From Hemiscyllium ocellatum (taxonomy: Eukaryota): a DNA stretch of 64,000 nt. The stretch spans positions 7,068,001-7,132,000 of the forward strand of contig NC_083445.1 in NCBI RefSeq assembly GCF_020745735.1, in the 5' to 3' direction. Position 1 is the first letter of the stretch. Every line of letters begins with the position of its first letter. The notes below the pieces were generated by a model. That model made no database searches. It was not told the origin of the DNA and was given only the letters and a program-made list of their open reading frames with translations. Made by a program: the position numbers and the translations under genes. Positions 53,049 to 64,000 of the stretch are shown piece by piece.

Positions 53049-55154
53049 TGGTTTTCATTCAATTTCTTTTTGTTTATATGTTTGCATTTGTGTTTTTCAT
53101 CTTTTTAACCAATCTCTGCACTGACTCCAGCCTGCCCTCCCTCTCCTTTCCTGAACACACTGACTCCGGGGTGCTCTATTCTAGTCTCCAGTGTTTTATC
53201 AGTGTGATTATTCCGCTTGGTTAACCTTCATCCTCAACCAACATCACTAGAACAGATAATCTGAATGTGTGATCTTGTACATAGGATTGGGAAAGGTGTT
53301 TGAGTTCCCTTGCGAAAGTCCTCAGGACAACTTAAAGATGAACAAATAAGCCTTGAAGATTCAAATGGTCCACATTAATCTTTGTAGTCCACGTGAGTTT
53401 CCCCTCTCCCTAGTACCCGTACCCCTCTATTCCTTCTCTCTCAGTTAAACATCCTGGCGACCAGAGTAACTGGAAATGGAGCAACACCTGTTTTATTGAT
53501 TTATAATTTGAAGTGTTTAGATCAGAGTGGTGCTGGAAAAGCACAGCAGGTCAGGCAGCATCCGAGGAGCAGGAAAATTGACGTTGAGGGCAAAAGCCAG
53601 TGACTGAGGCCCAGGAATGTTCTAGCTTTGATTTGTCAGTGGGTGTGGAACGCTTTTCCGATGTGACAGCGGACCTGTCTCAATAGTTAAAAATCACACG
53701 ACACCAGGTTATCGTGCAACAGGTTTATTTGGTAGCACTAGGTTTCGGAGTGCTGCTCAAAGCTAGTGCTTCCAAATAAACCTGTTGCTCTATAACCTGG
53801 TGTCGTGTGATTTTTTTTTTACCTTTGGACATCCCAGTCCAACACCGACTCCTCCAAACCATGGCGTGGATATAGAGTGGGAGGAGGTGGGTTCAAAACT
53901 GAGCTGGGGAGAAAATACTTCTTTCAGAGGGCAGTGAATCTGTGGAACCCGTTGCTCCAAAATGGAGACAGAATCAGTCAACAGATTCAAGATAAGAATA
54001 GATAACGTTGCTGATGAGCAGCTGTATTAAGGGCTATGGAGAGCAGGTAGGAGAGTAGAGGTGAGACCAGGATAAGGTCATGGTCATGTTAAATGGCAGA
54101 GCAGGCTTGTAGGGCTGAATTCCCTACTCCCGCTCCTAATCCCTCTGGCTTTGTGTTATTCCAATGTTCAAATCCCATGGCACATGACGGAATTTGAATT
54201 CAATTTTGTTTTAAAAGGCGAACAATGTGAAACCATTGTTTATTGTACTAAAATCCATCTGGTTTAATAATGATGTGGAGGTGCCGGTGTTGGAATGGGA
54301 TGTACAAATCTCACAACACCAGGTTAGAGTCCAACAGGTTTATTTGGAAGCACGAGATTTCAGAGCGCTGCTCCTTCATCAGGTGGGTATGGAGAATAAG
54401 ATCGTAAGGCACAGAATTTATAGCAAAGGTTTACAGTGTGATGATGTAATGAAACAATTGCCCCTTAGGTCTTTTTTATATCTTTCCCCTCTCACCCTAA
54501 ACCTATGCCCTCTTGTTCTAGAATCCCCGACCACAGGGAAAAGACCTTGTCTATTTATCCATGCCCTAGGGGAGTAGCTTTGTTACTCCATTCACAGGAA
54601 ATTGGGGGGTGGGGGGTTGTGGTGGTGGAGGAGCAGACAAGAGATAGGTTTATAAATTAAAGCATTCGGTTAATTCAGAGGTTTCACAGATTCGTCCACG
54701 TGAGCTGTGACTTCTTGAGATTATTGGACAACAGTATGTTCCTCAGTGTTAAGTCTCTCACCTTATTGTCTCGATAGAATTGTGTGCTCTGGGTTAGGGA
54801 GGGGAACCTGACGGGGAGCTTTCTCTCCTTGTTATATAACACCCTGAAATCAAGTAGGTTGGGTGTGATTCGGGGTTGACCTGAATGGGTGGGGAATCTA
54901 CAGACTCTCGGAAACAACTTGCATTGATGTAGCGCCATTTATAACCATGGCTGCTTCACAGCAGAGGAAGTACTTTAGGAGTGGAGTCCCTGTTATGACA
55001 TAGGAAACACGGCAGTCAATCTGCACACCATAACCTCCCGTGAACAGCACTACGGTTATGGCTGGATTGTTTGTTCCCGTGATGTTGGTTGAGGATGAAG
55101 GTTGAACAGGCAGAATAGTCACACTGATAAAACACTGGAGACTAGAATAGAGCA

Positions 55155-55302
55155 GGAGAAAGTGAGGTCTGCAGATGCTGGAGATCAGAGCTGAAAATAT
55201 GTTGCTGGAAAAGCGCAGCAGGTCAGGCAGCATCCAAGGAACAGGAAATTCGACATTTTGGGCATAAGCCCTTCTTCAGGAATGAAGAATTAGGAATGAA
55301 GA
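55155..55302 (-). mobile_element. Family A single arm, 14-bp TSD
   Basis: actagaatagagca at 55141-55154 and 55303-55316; the empty site is visible in the paralogous copy near 53173-53186. Confidence 0.82.
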
Positions 55303-55439
55303 ACTAGAATAGAGCACCCCGGAGTCGGTGTGGTTCAGGAGAGGAGAGGGAGGCAGGCTGGAGTCGGTGCGGAGATTGGTTAATAAGATGAAAAACACAA
55401 ATGCAAACATATAAACAAAAAGAAATTGAATGAAAACCA

Positions 55440-55978
55440 CTGTTGGAATATAGTGTGCAATTCTGGTCTCCTTCCTATCGGGAAGATGTTGTGAAGCTTG
55501 AAAGCATTCAGAAAAGATTTACAAGGATGTTGCCAGGGTTGGAGGATTTGAGCTGCAGGGAGACGTTGAATATGCTGGGGCTGTTTTCCCTGGAGCGTCG
55601 GAGGCTGAGGAATGACCTTACAGAGGTTTACAAAACCATGAGGGGCATGGATAGGGTAAATAGACAAGATCTTTTTCCTGGGGTGGGGGAGTCCATAACT
55701 AGAGGGCATAGGTTTAGGGTGAGAGGGGAAAGATATAAAAAAAGACCTAAGGGGTAACTGTTTCACGCAGAGGGTGGTACGTGTATGGAATGAGCTGTCA
55801 GAGGAAGTGGTGGAGGCTGGTATAACTGCAACATTTAAAAGGCATCTCGATGAGTATATGAATAGGAAGGGTTTGGAGGGATATGGGCCGGGTGCTGACA
55901 AGTGGGACTAGATTGGGTTAGGATATCTATATCGAGTTGGACCGAAGGGTCTGTTTCTGTGCTGTACAACTCTATGAC
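55440..55978 (+). mobile_element. CR1 3' fragment (inverted duplicate of 52510-53048)
   Basis: EYSVQFWSPSYREDVVKLESIQKRFTRMLPGL... Confidence 0.88.
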
Positions 55979-55984
55979 ACTCAA

Positions 55985-56220
55985 ACCACCAAAGAACTGC
56001 GGATGCTGTAAATCAGAAACCAAAACAGAAATTGCTGGAAAAGCTCAGCAGGTCTGGCAGCATCTGTGGAGAGAAACCAGAGTTAACCTTTCAGGTGCAG
56101 TGAGCTTTGCTCCAAACTGGACAATTCTGAACAGTTCTGAGGAAGGGTCACTGGACCCGAAACGTCAACTCTTGAGTTCTCTTCACAGGTGCTGCTGGAC
56201 CTGCTGAGCTTTCCCAGCAG
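55985..56220. mobile_element. Palindromic Penelope-like element, family E (related copy ~14120-14275)
   Basis: gctggaaaagctcagcaggtctggcagcatctgtg arms inverted; intact hammerhead core inside. Confidence 0.72.
56133..56170 (+). ncRNA. Minimal type I hammerhead ribozyme motif
   Basis: AGUU-CUGAGGA-A-GGGUC(ACUG)GACCC-GAAA-CGUC-AACU; stems I and II pair fully; stem III is reduced to the ACGU palindrome. Confidence 0.72.
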
Positions 56221-57308
56221 CTTGAGGAACTGAATGATTTTGGTAACAGATTGGGGAGACTGCCTTTGTTGAGTTTCACAGACCCTCTTATCAATGGATC
56301 CGTTTCATGGGTCCTGCTTTCTGAGACTGAGGTCAGCAGGTCTTTTGTTGGGTGAGGGTGCCAGTTACTTCACAGCAAAGATGAGTCGATTGAGTTGTGA
56401 TGCAGATCAGATTTCATCAGGCAGACCAGGCTTGAAATGTCAGCTGGGGTCTTGCAGCTAACTCCATGTGAAGGTAAATGATTAAAAAACTTATGAAAGA
56501 TGTCTTTGCTGATGTGTTGGGCACTTCTCATAAACGATTAATTTTCTGTAGTCTTATTCTATATGATTGTTCAGTGTAAGAGTTGAGAGTGACAGGCAGC
56601 ATCCGAAGTGCAGGAGAATCGACGTTTCGGGCTTCCTGGACAGTTTAGGCCCGAAACGTCGATTCTCCTGCTCTTTGGATGCTGCCTGATCTGCTGTGCT
56701 TTTCCAGCACCACATTGTTGACTCTAATCTCCAGGATCTGCAGTCCTCATTTTCTCCGCTGTAAGCAGTTTTGAGATTTTTGAGTTCATGTGGAGTCCAG
56801 TGTTTTAACAAATTTACTGTGAAAAATACGCAAAAGAAAGAATGTTCATTTATATAGCAACCTTAATGTCCTTGGAATGACTCGATTGGAGGATTTGAGC
56901 TATTGGGAGAGGTTGAATAGGCTAGGGCTGGTCTCCCAGAGCAACGGAGGCTGAGAAGTGACTTTATAGAGGTTCATAAAATCATGAGGGACATAAATAG
57001 ACAAGTTTTTTTTTCCCCTAGGATTGGGGAGTCCAGGATGAGAGGGTATAGGTTTAGGTTGAGAGGGGAAAGATATAAAAGGGACTTAAGGGACAGTGAT
57101 TGCATGCAGAGGGTGGTGCGTGTGTGGAATGAGCTGCCAGAGGAAGTGGTGGAGGCTGGTATAACTGCAACATTTAAAAGGCATCTGGATGGGTATATGA
57201 ATAGAAAGGGTTTAGAGAGATATGGGCCGGGTGCTGGCAAATGGGACGGGATTAATTTAGGATAGTTGGTCAGCATGGACGAGTTGGACTGAAGGGTCTG
57301 TTTCTGTG

Positions 57309-57527
57309 GAGGAGAAAGTGAGGTCTGCAGATGCTGGAGATCAGAGCTGAAAATGTGTTGCTGGAAAAGCGCAGCAGGTCAGGCAGCATCCAAGGAACAG
57401 GATATTTGACGTTTCGGGCATAAGCCCTTCTTCAGGATTCCTGAAGAAGGGCTTATGCCCGAAACGTCGAATCTCCTGTTCCTTGGATGCTGCCTGACCT
57501 GCTGCGCTTTTCCAGCAACACATTTTC
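57309..57527. mobile_element. Palindromic Penelope-like element, family A, 15-bp TSD, nested in a CR1 tail
   Basis: gggtctgtttctgtg at 57294-57308 and 57528-57542; near-perfect hairpin. Confidence 0.85.
57436..57473 (+). ncRNA. Minimal type I hammerhead ribozyme motif
   Basis: GAUUC-CUGAAGA-A-GGGC(UUAU)GCCC-GAAA-CGUC-GAAUC. Confidence 0.72.
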
Positions 57528-58109
57528 GGGTCTGTTTCTGTGCTGTACATCTGTATGACTCTATAACTGCCCTAAAAGTAATGTCACAGGCAAGTACTCA
57601 TCCCACGGTCTGAACACAGCAAGATCCCACTAGCAACAGTGAGATGTTGTAAATAATTGGATAATCTTAATTTGGTGGTTGAGGGCTGAATGATGGCAGG
57701 TGCCCTAGGTGAACTGCAAAGGATCTCTGAGCTTTGTTGCAAGTTAAATGGACTTCAGTTTAATAACTCGTCTGAAAGATCACACTTCTTGAAGCATTAC
57801 ACTACCATAGCATAGCAGTGGAGGAGTATCAGCCTAGATAATGTGCAGTAGGTTTGGAGGTGAGGACGCTGCCATGGGGCAAGACTGACACATAGGTTCT
57901 GCACTTGTCCTCAACCTAGGTTTCTCACAGGGAGGAGTCTGTCCTGGGCTACCACTAGCTTGATGCTCCTTTTAATGTCTTAAAGTGCAGGAAGCACTGG
58001 AAAATCTCATCAGTCACCATCTGCTGAGAGAAAAACAGTTCATGTTTTGAGTCCATTATGAGTCCCAACAGTTCTGAAGAAAGTGCCTAGACAGAGGGAG
58101 AATGGGGTT

Positions 58110-58400
58110 CCCTCAACTCAGCACCGCCCTCCTAACCTGCAATCTTCTTCCTAACCACTCCGGCCTATCACCCTCACCTTGACCTCCTTCCACCTATCAC
58201 ATCTCCATCGCCCCTCCCCCAAGTCCCTCCTCCCTACCTTTTATCTTAGCCTGCCTGGCACCTTCTCCTCATTCCTGATGAAGGGCTTATGCCCAAAACG
58301 TCGAATTTCCTATTCCTTGGATGCTGCCTAACCTGCTGTGCTTTAACCAGCAACACATTTTCAACTGTGATCTCCAGCATCTGCAGACCTCATTTTTTAC
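58110..58400 (+). mobile_element. 3' end of a family A Penelope-like element (non-palindromic)
   Basis: Pyrimidine-rich region, then attcCTGATGAagggcttatgcccAAAAcgtcgaat and the family tail. Confidence 0.72.
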
Positions 58401-58820
58401 CTGAATTTAAATTATGACCGCTTTTCCCCTCTTAATCCTAAAACCGTAATGTATTGTTTGATTTATTTATTCTTTTCACTGACTATGATAGGCCAAAGGT
58501 TTCCTGAAAATTTAATTTTTGCATTCCAATTTCTGAAATAAACACACAGCAGAAACCCTTTTCGAGGTGAAATTGACAAATTTAACAAAATTAATTATTA
58601 GCAAAATTTACAAAGCACTGGGGGAGTTGCTTTGTTCCTCCATTCTCAGGAAATTGCAGGGGGAGAAGCAGGACAGGAGATATTTTATAAATTAAAGCAT
58701 TTGGTTAATTCAGAGGTTTTACCAATCCGTCCACATGAGCTGCGACTTCTTGAGATTATTGGACAACAGTAAATTCCCCAGTGATCGGCGTTCCTCCTTG
58801 CAGCCAAATATGAGTTTCTT

Positions 58821-59284
58821 GTTGTGGTTCTGTTCGCCGAGCTGGGAGTTTTTGTTGCAAACGTTTCGTCCCCTTTCTAGGTGACATCCTCAGTGCTTGG
58901 GAGCCTCCTGTGAAGCGCTTCTGTGCTGATTCCTCCGGCATTTATACTGGTTTGAATCTGCCGCTTCCGGTTGTCAGTTGCTGTCCGCTGCAGTGGCCGG
59001 TATATAGGGTCTAGTTCAATGTGTCTGTTGATAGAATTTGTGGATGACACATTGAACTAGACCCTATATACCGACCACTACAGCGGACAGCAACTGACAA
59101 CCGGAAGCGGCAGATTCAAACCAGTATAAATGCCGGAGAATTCAGCACAGAAGCGCTTCACAGGAGGCTCCCAAGCACTATACATGTCACCTAGAAAGGG
59201 GATGAAACGTTTGCAACAAAAACTCCCAGCTCGGCGAACAGAACCACAACAACGAGCACCCGAGCTTCAAATCTTCTCACAAAC
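58821..59284. mobile_element. Palindromic Penelope-like element, family D, 12-bp TSD
   Basis: ~200 bp inverted arms plus short tail; tatgagtttctt at 58809-58820 and 59285-59296. Confidence 0.85.
58857..58896 (-). ncRNA. Minimal type I hammerhead ribozyme motif
   Basis: GCA-CUGAGGA-U-GUCACC(UAGAAA)GGGGAC-GAAA-CGUU-UGC. Confidence 0.62.
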
Positions 59285-59484
59285 TATGAGTTTCTTTTCA
59301 GCCAGCAACTTATAGGTATAGATAGAGAGTCCGAGGCAGGAAGCCAACTCAGCCTGGAGTCAAGCCACAACTGACTTAATCCCAGATTCAACCAGCTCTG
59401 ACTTCAGTCATGTGACAAGGACAGGCATTTCAGGTGCACATGGTCCATCTCAGTGAGTTATTTGGAAGGTCAAAAAGCCAACAG

Positions 59485-59517
<33 letters not shown>
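59485..59517. repeat. Poly-C tract
   Basis: About 33 consecutive C. Confidence 0.9.
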
Positions 59518-59660
59518 ATTACAGTCTGCAATGCAAGGTGACGAGTTAATTTCAAGCATTAGTGCTCATTTTAACATCGTTGGTCTTGATGCTTTCCTTT
59601 GTCTCAAGCTGCCTGGAAGCAGATAGCTCACCTCTAAGACATTTCTCTCCACTTTCATAG

Positions 59661-59985
59661 AAATTCATAGAATCCGTACAGTGTGGAAACAGGCCCTTCG
59701 GCCCAACATGTCCACACCGACTCTCTGAAGAGTACCCCACCCACACCCATTCCCCGACTACTCTACATTTACTCCAGACTAACGCACCTAACCTACACAT
59801 TCCTGAATGCTATGGGGCAATTTAGCATGGCCAATTTGCCTATCTTTGGATTGTGGGTGAAAACTGGAGCACCCAAAAGGAAACCCATGCAAACTGCACA
59901 TAGAGAGTCGCCCGAGGCTAGAATCGAACCCGGGTCCCTGGCGCTGTGAGACAGCAGTGCTAACCACTGAGCCACCATGCTGCCA
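59661..59985 (-). mobile_element. Older V-SINE, minus strand
   Basis: Diverged reverse complement of the head, V-domain and tail. Confidence 0.75.
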
Positions 59986-60148
59986 TTAATGTCTGTAAAA
60001 TATAGGGGTTCAGATGCTGTTGGAAATATGATTGGCCTTGGCCATTTTCTGAGCCCAGGAAAATGTCAGTTTTACGAAGGGATCAAATCTAAAGATACAA
60101 AGACTAGCTTTTTCCTTGGGGACTTTCTTCTTGACTTCTGGCCATGAC

Positions 60149-60328
60149 TGGGTGCTCCGGTTTCCTCCCACTGTCCAAATAATGTGCAGTTAGGTGAATT
60201 GGCCACGCTAAATTGCCCGTAGTGTTAGGTGCAGGGGTCAATGTAGTGGAATGGGTCTGGGTGGGTGCGGGTCGGTGTGGACTTGTTGGGCCGAAGGGCC
60301 TGTTTCCACACTAAGTAATCTAATCTAA
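60149..60328 (+). mobile_element. 5'-truncated V-SINE
   Basis: 3' half of the family sequence. Confidence 0.8.
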
Positions 60329-60702
60329 TTTAAACACCATGCAGATGACATTTGCAGGACTTAGTTTGTTATTTTGGTTCCTCAACTCTTTTTTTAATTA
60401 AATTCACGAATCAAGCTGTCCAGCATATCTTCGAAGCAAGTGGTACAGGCCTCTTGGTTCAGAGGTAGGTGCATTACAACTGTGCCGTGAGCCCAAGAGT
60501 GAAAGCCTCAATTGGAAGTCAGCAAAATTGACCAATGGACATTGGGAAATGGCTGTAGATGACATGTGTCATCCAGAGCCCCATTCAATTTATCATTGTT
60601 CCTGTGGGTTCAGATAATGATTCTGAGCAGGATGTTTAAGACTTAGAAAATATTGCCCAGTCTTTGCCTCATCCAATGGCTTCATATGTCCAACTGTGAT
60701 TG

Positions 60703-61148
60703 TAGAGTCATAGAGATGTAAAGCACAGAAACAGACCCTTCGGTCCAACCCGTCCATGCCAACCAGATATTCCAACCCAATCTAGTCTCTCCTGCCAGCA
60801 CCCGGCCCATATCCCTCCAAACCCTTCCTATTCATATACCCATCCAAATGCCTCTCAAATGTTGCAATTGTACCAGCCTCCACCACTTCCTCTGGCAGCT
60901 CATTCCATACACGTACCACTCTCTGCGTGAAAAAGTTGCCCCTTAAGTCTCTTTTATATCTTTCCCCTCTCACCCTAAACCTATGCCCTCTAGTTCTGGA
61001 CTCCCCGACCCCAGGGAAAATACCTTGTCTATTTATCCTATCCATGCCCCTTATAATTTTGTAAACCTCTATAAGGTCTACCCCTCAGCGTCCGATGCTC
61101 CAGGGAAAACAGCCCCATCCTTTCAGCCTCTCCCGATAGCTCAAATCC
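60703..61148 (-). mobile_element. CR1 3' fragment
   Basis: ORF 60782..61045 is the CR1 RT C-terminus. Confidence 0.88.
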
Positions 61149-61980
61149 TTTTTCTGCTTTTCCAGTCTCTAGACTACTCAGTGCTGTTGTAGAAATGTCT
61201 ACCACCATTCAGCCACTGAACACATGATTAGCACACACTAGGGTTTATGTAAGAATGGGGGAGGGGGCCATCCTGTTCCCAGAACCTGTTCTACCATTCA
61301 ATCAGATCATGACTGATTTTAGCCGAGAACGTTGGATGCATTCGCAAACTGAAGCCTTCCATCTGTCCACGTTTCAGGAAGCATCCAAGATTATTGCAGT
61401 AAGCTTCCGAGCTTTTCTGTTTAGCTCCTTTTCAAATGGATATAACCCGATGATGAAACTGAAGGCAGTGCTGGAGATCTGAAACTCTTTGTTTCACCTT
61501 CCCACCCACGTATGATTCACTAATCGTTCTCTCCTGGAAGCCTTACAAGGACATGAAAGGAGAACATTCTTCTGTTTTTATGGGCATGGGTGTTGGCCAA
61601 GAAGCTTGGATTGTTCCTTGATGTCGGGGTTGGAGTCCTTTAAAACTGCAGAATCGCACTGAAATTAGGGCGGAATTTGCAAAGATGAAGTACTTACAGC
61701 ACAGAAACGGGCCATTCAGTCCAACTGGTTCACCTGCTCCACATGACTTTACTCCCATTTCTGTCCATTTTGTCATGTCTGCTCCTTGTGTGTTTATCCA
61801 CTTCCTGTTAGTGCATTTACACATCCACCTCCAATAATCCTCACGATCACGAGTTCCACATTGTCACCAGTAAGATATTTCTCCCGATTGGATTTATTAA
61901 TTATTGCTTAGTATTTAAGGCTGTTAATTCTGTTCTCCTCCATAAGTGGAATTATTTTCCCTTGGAGTTAATGTATTAGT

Positions 61981-62297
61981 TTAGGGTGTAGGTTTGCTCG
62001 CTGAGCTGTAGGTTTGATATCCAGATGTTTCATTACCTGGCTAGGTAACATCATCAGTGGGGACCTCCAAGTGAAGTGAAGCTGTTGTCTCCTGCTTTCT
62101 ATTTATATCTTTCTCCTGGATCTCCGCCCCCATCCAGGAGAAAGCTATAAATAGAAAGCAGGAGACAACAGCTTCGCTTCACTTGGAGGTCGCCACTGAT
62201 GATGTTACCTAGCCAGGTAATGAAACATCTGGATATCTAACCTACAGCTCAGCGAGCAAACCTACACCCTAAACCTCAACCTGAGCTACACACCTTG
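61981..62297. mobile_element. Palindromic Penelope-like element, family C, 12-bp TSD
   Basis: ~140 bp inverted arms plus tail; taatgtattagt at 61969-61980 and 62298-62309. Confidence 0.85.
62193..62232 (+). ncRNA. Minimal hammerhead motif with the stem III palindrome decayed (ACGU to ACAU)
   Basis: CCA-CUGAUGA-U-GUUACC(UAGCCA)GGUAAU-GAAA-CAUC-UGG. Confidence 0.55.
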
Positions 62298-62423
62298 TAA
62301 TGTATTAGTGTGGATCCAGGAGTGGTTAACACACAGAAGGCAGAGAGTTAGGCTTAATTGGTCTCTTTCAGGTTGGAAAGGCTAATAGTGCCACAACGAT
62401 CAGTCCTAGGGCCTCAGTTGATT

Positions 62424-62835
62424 TAGAGTCATGGAGCTATATAACACAGAAACAAACCTTCTTGTCTGACTCGTCCATGCCCACCAGATATCTTTTAAAT
62501 TATCTAGTCCCATTTGCCAGCATTTGGCCCATATCCCTCTAAACCCTTCCTATTCATATACCCATCCAGATGCCTCTTAAATGTTGTCATTGCATCAACC
62601 TCCACCACTTCCTCTGGCAGCTCATTCCGTATACTCACCACCCTCTGTGTGAAAGAGTTGCCCCTGAGGCCCCTTTTAAACCTTTCCCCTCTCACCTTAA
62701 ACCTATCCCCTCTAGTTCTGGACTCCCTCCACCCCAGGGAAAAAGACCTTATCTCTTCACCCTATCCATGCCCCTTCATGCATTTATAAACCTTTAAAAG
62801 GTTGGCCCTCAGCCTCCAGTGCTCCAGGGAAAAAT
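62424..62835 (-). mobile_element. CR1 3' fragment
   Basis: ORF 62504..62695. Confidence 0.85.
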
Positions 62836-62999
62836 ATCCGCCTATCTATAATAATAACTTGGATAGGTTGATTGCAATGTAAGTAAAAACAAGGTAAAAC
62901 CTGATGAAGGGCTTTTGCCCAAAACATCGATTTCGCTGCTCCTTGGATGCTGCCTGAAGTGCTGTGCTCTTCCAGCACCACTAATCCAGAATCTGGTTG

Positions 63000-64000
63000 C
63001 AATGTATCTGATTTTGCTGACGATACAAAAATAGGTCAGCGGCCATATTGTTGTGGGGACAAAGGAGTAAAGGGATTTAGAGGGGTCAAGTGAACGGGCA
63101 GAAACTGGGGAGATGGTCTTTAAGGTAGGAAAGTGTGGGGTTGTGCACATTAGCGGGGATAATGAAAAAGGGAACTCTTTCAAAATGGAGGAAGAGAACA
63201 AAGTGTAGCATGGATGGACCGAGGTGTTCTTTGTGCTTCCATACTGATTTTGGTGTTTGAAAAGTACACGAATGAATACTTGAAGTTTCATAACATTCAA
63301 GACTGTGTCTAGTGTGGAAGAGTGGTTCCAATGTAGGTGGTAGTATATTTTTGCAGTACAGAGTTGATGGGCTGAAGAGCCTCTTCTCTACCGTATGATT
63401 CTTTGATTCAATTCTTTGATATGCAGCAAGTAATTAAGAAAGCAAATAGAATTTTGGCCTTCGTTCCTAGGGGGTGAAGTTTCAAAATAGGGAAATCCTG
63501 TTACAACTGTACTGGTTGGTGAATCTGCACAAGGAGTGCTGTGTATAGTTTTGGTTCCTGCATTTAAGACAGGATGTATTGGCACTGGAGATTAGTTGGG
63601 TTTATTCCTGAGATGGAGAGGTTGACTTAAGATCAGCTAAGTTCTTTAGAGCTTAGAAGAATGAAGGCTAATCACACTAAAATGTAAAGGATTCTGAAGT
63701 GGCTTGACAGGGTTATTGTTGTCACTAGTGGGAGATTCTTGTTGTCTCGAGGAATTAAGGGCTACGGGGAGAACGCTGGTAAATGGAGTTGAAATGCCCA
63801 TCAGCCATGATTGAATGGCAGAGTGGACTCAATGGGCCGAATGGCCTTACTTCCACTCCTATGTCTTATGGTCTTAATCTCAAGCTAGGAAATATAGTTA
63901 CAGAATAAGGAGATAGTGACTTAAAAATGAGATAAGAAGGAATTTCTTCTCTGAGGGTAACAAATGTCTCGAGCTCTCAATCCCAGAGAGGGTTTTGAAT
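63000..64000 (+). mobile_element. Decayed CR1 RT/3' fragments
   Basis: FADDTKIG remnant (ttttgctgacgatacaaaaataggt) and CR1 tail gggccgaatggccttacttccactcctatgtcttatggtctt. Confidence 0.7.

Larger units (their letters stand above)
56885..57565 (+). mobile_element. CR1 3' fragment with a nested palindromic element
   Basis: QRVVRVWNELPEEVVEAGITATFKRHLDGYM. Confidence 0.88.

Overview
Vertebrate genomic DNA, most likely from a shark (inferred from HE1/V-SINE-type SINEs, dense CR1 LINEs and Penelope-type palindromes). Three protein-coding genes can be rebuilt from splice sites. (1) A GPR107/GPR108-family gene, probably GPR108, on the minus strand: exons 1-9 run 22896->112 and continue off the left edge. 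(2) A complete but unusually diverged DR1/NC2-beta gene on the plus strand: 3 coding exons, 32018-39849, 174 aa. (3) The 24-nt first coding exon (MEWGSELW|gtgagt, 48679-48702) of an F-BAR gene of the TRIP10/FNBP1/FNBP1L family, which the ORF track misses. The order GPR108(-)/DR1(+)/TRIP10(+) unites three gene families that survive only as pairs on the human paralogous segments, so this DR1 may be a second ohnolog lost in mammals. GPR108 and DR1-like flank a candidate bidirectional promoter (ZNF143, CCAAT, ETS and YY1 motifs) that is followed by a ~6.7 kb C-rich satellite; the giant Pro/His and Gly/Val/Cys ORFs there are artefacts. Introns and intergenic DNA hold CR1 fragments, SINEs, a decayed Gypsy element and at least five families of short palindromic Penelope-like insertions. 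Many of these have 12-16 bp target-site duplications and carry minimal hammerhead ribozyme cores whose stems co-vary between families. There are two N gaps (21245-21512, 22352-22650) and several local inverted or direct duplications.
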